From a virus (lineage: Duplodnaviria > Heunggongvirae > Uroviricota > Caudoviricetes), in the IMG/VR virus record IMGVR_UViG_2778261300_000006, positions 1-19,140 of that record: 19,140 bases of DNA, one strand, 5' to 3'. A program made the translations under genes and the position numbers. A model generated the notes under the pieces. It ran no database searches. It saw nothing but the letters and a program-made list of their open reading frames with translations, and was not told the DNA's origin. Every line of letters begins with the position of its first letter. The first letter of the stretch is position 1. Positions 14,990-19,140 of the stretch are shown here, piece after piece.

Positions 14990-16083
14990 CAGAACCCGAT
15001 TTTATTGAACGCGATGCCGATAAAATCACGGCAGAAATGATTGCGAAGTATGAAGCGGATACCGGAAAAACGCTGTACCCGGCACAGGCTGAACGTCTGC
15101 TGATTGACCTGTGGGCCTATCGCGAAATGCTGGTCAGGGTGGCAGTACAGGAGGCGGCGAAGCAGAATCTGGTCGCTTTTTCCCGTGAGCCGATGATTGA
15201 TTACCTCGGTGAACTGGTCGGTGTATACCGCCTTGCCGCGCAGCCTGCCACCACCACACTTCAGTTCTCTGTGGATGAGGCACTGGCCATTGATGTGCTG
15301 ATCCCGGCAGGCACCCGCGTCAGCGCTTCCGACAGTATTATTTTTGCCACCGATACAGACGTGGTGCTGAAGGCCGGATTGCTGCTGGTCAATGTCACGG
15401 CCACCTGTACCGAGCCGGGTACCGCTGGCAACGGCTGGCAACCGGCGCAGGTCAGTCAGTTACTCGATGAGATTGATAACATTGACCTGCTGGTGACCAA
15501 TCTGACGGCCAGCTCTGGCGGTTCAGAGCAGGAAGACGATGACCGGCTCCGGGAGCGTATCAGGCTGGCCCCGGAGTCATTCACCAATGCCGGAAGCCGT
15601 GGTGCATACCGTTTTCATGCTATGGGGGCGCATCCCGGCATTGTCGACGTTGCTGTTCTTTCTCCCGCTCCCGGCACTGTCGAGCTGTATCCGCTGCTCA
15701 GCACTGGTCTGCCGGACAGCAGTATCCTCACTCTGGTAGAGAGTTTCTGTTCTGACGAAAAAGTCAGACCACTCACTGATACCGTGCGGGCTAAAACACC
15801 TGTTCAGGTGGATTACACCATTGAAGCCAGGATTACGATCTATCGTGATCAGGATGCAAGGTTGGTAAAGGACAACGCTAACAGCGCCATACAGAACTGG
15901 GTGGCATCCCGTACCGCCACGCTGGGGCGCGATATTGTTCCCAGCCAGATTATCAGCGTGTTGTCCGTTTCCGGGGTGTACCAGGTCGAACTGGTGACAC
16001 CGGCACTGAGGGTGGTGGCAGAAAACGAATGGGCAAACTGTACGGCGATCACTCTTAACATGACCGGGGTGTCCGATGGCTAA
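14980..16083 (+). CDS. Baseplate J-like protein
   Basis: 367 aa with AGGA RBS. Position and size match gpJ / Mu gp47. Translationally coupled to both neighbours. Confidence 0.8.
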   Translation: MALTEPDFIERDADKITAEMIAKYEADTGKTLYPAQAERLLIDLWAYREMLVRVAVQEAAKQNLVAFSREPMIDYLGELVGVYRLAAQPATTTLQFSVDEALAIDVLIPAGTRVSASDSIIFATDTDVVLKAGLLLVNVTATCTEPGTAGNGWQPAQVSQLLDEIDNIDLLVTNLTASSGGSEQEDDDRLRERIRLAPESFTNAGSRGAYRFHAMGAHPGIVDVAVLSPAPGTVELYPLLSTGLPDSSILTLVESFCSDEKVRPLTDTVRAKTPVQVDYTIEARITIYRDQDARLVKDNANSAIQNWVASRTATLGRDIVPSQIISVLSVSGVYQVELVTPALRVVAENEWANCTAITLNMTGVSDG

Positions 16084-16654
16084 GGTGCTACAACTCCCGC
16101 CACCGCTTGAGGGTGATATCAGTCTCAGAACGCTGGGAAGACTGGCCGGACGGCTGGATAACATCGACCTGAGCGTACTGATGGTCGGTCTCGTCGATAT
16201 TGTCGACAGTTCCGCGCTGCCATGGCTTGGCGAGCAGTTCTCGCTGTTCGGCGATGGCTGGGAACTGGCGGAATCGGACGATGTACGCCGCATGCTTATC
16301 AAATCCGCTATCGAGCTACACCGCTATAAAGGAACACCGTGGTCAATCCGGGAAATTATCCGCCGTTTTGGCTTCGGCGAAGTGGATCTGATTGAAGGTA
16401 CGGGGCAGATTGGCTATGACGGCAGACACACGTACAACGGGCTTTTCGTCCATGGTGATGCACAAGCCTGGGCAGTCTATCGCGTCATCTTTCAACAACC
16501 CATCACTAACGATCAGGCGGCGCTGTTACGTCAGACGCTTGCTGCCTTTGCTCCGGCTCGCTGTCATCTGGCAAGTCTGGAATATCAGTCTGTCGCCATT
16601 CGATACAACAGTACTACCTGTTATGACGGTAGTTACAACCACGGGAGCAGTTAA
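16076..16654 (+). CDS. Baseplate/tail protein (P2 gpI-like, Mu gp48-like)
   Basis: 192 aa. ATG overlaps the J stop. Immediately upstream of the tail fiber gene. Confidence 0.7.
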   Translation: MAKVLQLPPPLEGDISLRTLGRLAGRLDNIDLSVLMVGLVDIVDSSALPWLGEQFSLFGDGWELAESDDVRRMLIKSAIELHRYKGTPWSIREIIRRFGFGEVDLIEGTGQIGYDGRHTYNGLFVHGDAQAWAVYRVIFQQPITNDQAALLRQTLAAFAPARCHLASLEYQSVAIRYNSTTCYDGSYNHGSS

Positions 16655-16656
16655 TT

Positions 16657-17622
16657 ATGGCAAATCTACCCGAAACCCCGCAGTGGGAAAGCGGCATCTA
16701 CCAGATTGAGGTCTCTGACCCCGTTCTGGGCGGACCTGACGGAATTTCTAACCGCCAGGCTAAACAACTGGCCAGCCGAACGTCATACCTCAAACAGAAG
16801 GTCGAAAAAAGCGGAACAGACCTGGCTGCACATATCGCGGCAGTTGACCCGCATACCCAGTACGCGACGAAAGCCAGTCCGACATTCACCGGCACACCAA
16901 CAGCACCTACACCTGCAAATGGTGATAACAGCAAAAAGCTGGCGACGACGGAGTTTGTGGCCAAAGCACTTGCGGCACTTGCAGGCAGCGCCCCTGAGAC
17001 ACTGGATACGCTTAAAGAGCTGGCTGACGCTCTCGGTAATGATCCAAACTTTGCGACTACGGTACTGAACAAGCTGGCGGAAAAGCTGGCTAAAGACCAG
17101 AACGGCGCAGATATTCCTGAGCCTGCGCTGTTTGTCAAAAACCTTGGTTTGGGGGAAGGCTCTGCACTGCCCGTTGGTGTGCCTGTTCCGTGGCCCTCAG
17201 CCACACCGCCAGCAGGGTGGCTGAAATGTAACGGAGCAGCATTTTCTTCTGAAATGTACCCCAAACTGGCAAAGGCTTACCCCGCGAATAAATTACCGGA
17301 TTTACGGGGTGAGTTTATTCGTGGCTGGGATGACGGGCGCGGGATTGATCCTGGTCGCCAGTTGCTTGGGTGGCAGAAAGGTACTTTGGTTGGTGGTAGA
17401 GATGACAATGATGCCGCAGTTGATATTTCATATATGAGTAACGGAAATAGTATTGATTACGGTGGCGATAAAACATTTTCAACGAATTACCGGAGTGATT
17501 ATTTATGGTATGCAATTCTGGGTAACGTCACTGGTCGTGCCAAAGCTGCTTTAAGTGGGTCCTTTTTTAATGTAACTCGTCCACGCAACATCGCCTTTAA
17601 CTACATTGTGAGAGCAGCATAG
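16657..17622 (+). CDS. Tail fiber protein: constant N-terminal part fused to variable C-terminal cassette 1 (tail-collar domain)
   Basis: 321 aa. The constant region contains the conserved fiber segment SPTFTGTPTAPTPANGDNSKKLATTEFVAKALAALAGSAPETLDTLKELADALGNDPNFATT (P2 gpH-like). The variable part begins at about 17146 with the tail-collar-type motif GWLKCNGAAFSSEMYPKLAKAYP...LPDLRGEF and ends ...RPRNIAFNYIVRAA. Confidence 0.8.
   Translation: MANLPETPQWESGIYQIEVSDPVLGGPDGISNRQAKQLASRTSYLKQKVEKSGTDLAAHIAAVDPHTQYATKASPTFTGTPTAPTPANGDNSKKLATTEFVAKALAALAGSAPETLDTLKELADALGNDPNFATTVLNKLAEKLAKDQNGADIPEPALFVKNLGLGEGSALPVGVPVPWPSATPPAGWLKCNGAAFSSEMYPKLAKAYPANKLPDLRGEFIRGWDDGRGIDPGRQLLGWQKGTLVGGRDDNDAAVDISYMSNGNSIDYGGDKTFSTNYRSDYLWYAILGNVTGRAKAALSGSFFNVTRPRNIAFNYIVRAA
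17132..17157. other. Putative Gin/Hin/Cin-type recombination crossover site A, at the constant/variable junction of the fiber gene
   Basis: ttgtcaaaaacc-tt-ggtttgggggaa: a 12+2+12 bp arrangement whose left half matches the recalled hix/gix half-site (TTCTTGAAAACC / TTCCTGTAAACC) at 9 of 12 positions. Homology with the downstream repeat copy starts exactly at the central dinucleotide. Confidence 0.5.
17144..17345 (+). repeat. Repeat copy A (5' conserved part of variable fiber cassette 1)
   Basis: About 200 bp nearly identical to 17628..17829 (direct) and to the reverse complement of 19035..19140 (inverted; truncated by the window end). Confidence 0.85.
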
Positions 17623-17641
17623 AAACGTTGGTTTGGGGGAA
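17616..17641. other. Putative crossover site B (direct orientation relative to site A)
   Basis: agcatagaaacg-tt-ggtttgggggaa: right half identical to site A, left half diverged and overlapping the stop codon of cassette 1. Confidence 0.4.
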
Positions 17642-17829
17642 GGCTCTGCACTGCCCGTTGGTGTGCCCGTTCCGTGGCCCTTAGCAACACCACCAACGGG
17701 CTGGCTGAAATGTAACGGTGCAGCATTTTCTTCTGAAATGTACCCCAAACTGGCAAAAGCCTACCCCGCGAATAAATTACCGGATTTACGCGGAGAATTT
17801 ATCCGTGGCTGGGATGATGGGCGAGGAAT
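17628..17829 (+). repeat. Repeat copy B (5' conserved part of silent cassette 2)
   Basis: Direct repeat of 17144..17345 with a few substitutions; the two copies diverge after ...GRGID. Confidence 0.85.
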
Positions 17830-18109
17830 TGATGCGGCACGCGCTTTATTGAGCATTCAAAACGGGATGTTGGAAAAACACCGCCATATTGTTGTAGCTA
17901 ACGATGGATATGACACAAAAGATGAATGGGAGTTGGCTACGATTTTCAAAAAAACATATACACAAGGCAGGGGGCTTGATGCCACAAATACAGGAGGGAG
18001 TTTGACTCCATCACCAACGCTTCATTCACGAGGAAGTATTGGTAACACAGGTGGTAGTGAAACCCGCCCCCGCAATATTGCATTTAACTATATCGTGAGG
18101 GCGGCTTAG
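17630..18109 (+). CDS. Silent alternative tail-fiber C-terminal cassette 2 (no own start codon)
   Basis: Open frame encoding GEGSALPVGVPVPWP...GWLKCNGAAFSSEMYPKLAKAYPANKLPDLRGEFIRGWDDGRGID, then a unique middle, then the conserved end ...RPRNIAFNYIVRAA. There is no ATG or RBS (the track start is TTG at 17633), so it would need to be joined to the constant region to be expressed. Confidence 0.55.
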   Translation, partial: GLGEGSALPVGVPVPWPLATPPTGWLKCNGAAFSSEMYPKLAKAYPANKLPDLRGEFIRGWDDGRGIDAARALLSIQNGMLEKHRHIVVANDGYDTKDEWELATIFKKTYTQGRGLDATNTGGSLTPSPTLHSRGSIGNTGGSETRPRNIAFNYIVRAA

Positions 18110-18115
18110 TTATAT

Positions 18116-18733
18116 TCAACTGGCTGCTGCCAGAGGCATTTCCGGCCAGTTGATATCCGGTGCAGTGCTGATGTCAGTCGCATTAAGCACATCTATGAAA
18201 TCAAGCACGGCGTTTAGTTTTTCCGTCTCCTGGGGCGTCAATCGGCGTCCGGCTCGTAGTTTGAGATTTATAAGCTCAACAGATGCCATTGCCTGTTCCT
18301 CAAGTTGCTGACGATGCGCTCCGGCAGCTTCCAGTTCTGCTGCGTGCTGTCGTCCCGCATCTGTCACCCAGGTCTCACCATCCCAGACATCATAGATAGT
18401 AGCTGGCTGTTTCACCGTCGTATCAGGAGGGTAATCTCCCGGTTGTGTGATTTGCACAGCGTTACCATTCTCTGTGCTGTAAACCGTTTCGCCTCTGTGG
18501 TCTGGAACATATTTCCAGATGTTCTGGTCGGTATCACGACAGACAGCGAAGCCGGGGCGTTTTTCTGGTGGCGCGTCAATGCATGAGTGAGCCGGAATTC
18601 CAACACCATAAGCGAGATACTCAACAGTGGCAGAGAGATATTCACGGTTTTCAGCATCGTAGTTATAAACGGTAATATCGCCTGCAGTTATAGCGATACC
18701 ATTCTGATCAAGTACTGCAGCAGCATTATTCAT
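18116..18733 (-). CDS. Tail fiber assembly chaperone (Mu U/U'-like)
   Basis: 205 aa. C-terminal ...INWPEMPLAAAS resembles the conserved C-terminus of Mu U / Tfa-type fiber assembly proteins (recall). ATG overlaps the stop of the inverted cassette 3 (TAATG). Confidence 0.75.
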   Translation of the reverse strand: MNNAAAVLDQNGIAITAGDITVYNYDAENREYLSATVEYLAYGVGIPAHSCIDAPPEKRPGFAVCRDTDQNIWKYVPDHRGETVYSTENGNAVQITQPGDYPPDTTVKQPATIYDVWDGETWVTDAGRQHAAELEAAGAHRQQLEEQAMASVELINLKLRAGRRLTPQETEKLNAVLDFIDVLNATDISTAPDINWPEMPLAAAS

Positions 18734-19140
18734 TAAGTAGCCCTTACAATATAGTTAAACGCAATATTACGGGGGCGGTTTTCCGTTCCTGTATTCCCTC
18801 CGTTGGCACCTAATCTATAAACACCACGAGTGCCAATAGCACGTAGTGAAGATGGAACTTTTACACCTGACTCATCTGTTTTAACAATCCCGCCATCACC
18901 GTATGTAGCCAGTATACCAGGGTTTGTTCCTGCACGGGTGCTATTTGCGGCAAGCCCTTCACCAGTCCATAACTCCATATAGTGAATATGATCTATAACC
19001 GAATGTGATTGTGCATTAAGCAAGGAACGCCCTGAATCAATTCCCCGCCCGTCATCCCAGCCGCGAATAAACTCACCCCGTAAATCCGGTAATTTATTCG
19101 CGGGGTAGGCTTTTGCCAGTTTGGGGTACATTTCAGAAGA
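18733..19140 (-). CDS. Inverted alternative tail-fiber C-terminal cassette 3 (partial; 5' end beyond window)
   Basis: Minus-strand frame encoding ...SSEMYPKLAKAYPANKLPDLRGEFIRGWDDGRGID-(unique middle)-...NRPRNIAFNYIVRAT. Open to the window edge. Followed by its own chaperone on the same strand. Confidence 0.65.
   Translation of the reverse strand, partial: SSEMYPKLAKAYPANKLPDLRGEFIRGWDDGRGIDSGRSLLNAQSHSVIDHIHYMELWTGEGLAANSTRAGTNPGILATYGDGGIVKTDESGVKVPSSLRAIGTRGVYRLGANGGNTGTENRPRNIAFNYIVRAT
19035..19140 (-). repeat. Repeat copy C (inverted; truncated by window end)
   Basis: The reverse complement matches 17730..17829 and 17246..17345. The inverted crossover site itself would lie about 85 bp beyond the window. 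Confidence 0.8.

Noticed and set aside
15577-16302. 241-aa minus-strand ORF antisense to the baseplate J/I genes
   Set aside because: Ser/Pro-rich low-complexity product embedded antisense in coupled baseplate genes. No start signals.
16698-17264. 188-aa minus-strand ORF (MGYISEENAAPLHFS...) and its near-duplicate at 17551..17748
   Set aside because: These are the reverse-strand shadow of the repeated fiber-cassette 5' block. The duplication simply mirrors the direct repeat and is not an independent gene.
17630-18109. Cassette 2 as an independently expressed tail fiber gene
   Set aside because: No ATG or RBS at its 5' end (the track 'M' is TTG at 17633), and it begins exactly at the repeat and crossover boundary. 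Better explained as a silent cassette needing fusion to the constant region.
1-19140. CRISPR arrays, tRNA/rRNA genes, integrase or transposase genes
   Set aside because: No spaced short direct repeats, no cloverleaf-like or rRNA-like segments, and no recombinase-like ORFs were seen. Any invertase or integrase must lie outside the window.

Overview
This window reads as a phage-derived region of an enterobacterial-type genome. From left to right: (1) a divergent immunity-like switch, with a Ner/Cro-like small HTH gene on the minus strand (1..201) and an XRE-family HTH regulator on the plus strand (290..697); (2) an AT-rich two-gene cargo operon directly downstream of the regulator, encoding a 335-aa soluble NdpA-like protein and a 401-aa protein with two C-terminal transmembrane helices (768..2983), which I cannot assign to any described system; (3) a convergent Dam-type N6-adenine methyltransferase (2973..3743, minus); (4) a lysis pair, holin-like membrane protein plus signal-anchored lytic transglycosylase, the latter apparently frameshifted; (5) a long, translationally coupled contractile-tail operon in Mu-like gene order (gp35-38-like, sheath, tube, frameshifted chaperone, tape measure, gpU/gpX/gpD-like, spike V, W, J, I, tail fiber) with no terminase, portal or capsid genes anywhere in the window; (6) a multi-cassette invertible tail-fiber region with three alternative C-terminal cassettes, one fused and expressed, one silent in direct orientation, one inverted with its own assembly chaperone, bounded by Gin/Hin/Cin-like crossover sites. 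No rRNA, tRNA or CRISPR array was recognised. All family assignments come from reading the translated ORFs and recalled family signatures; no database search was run.
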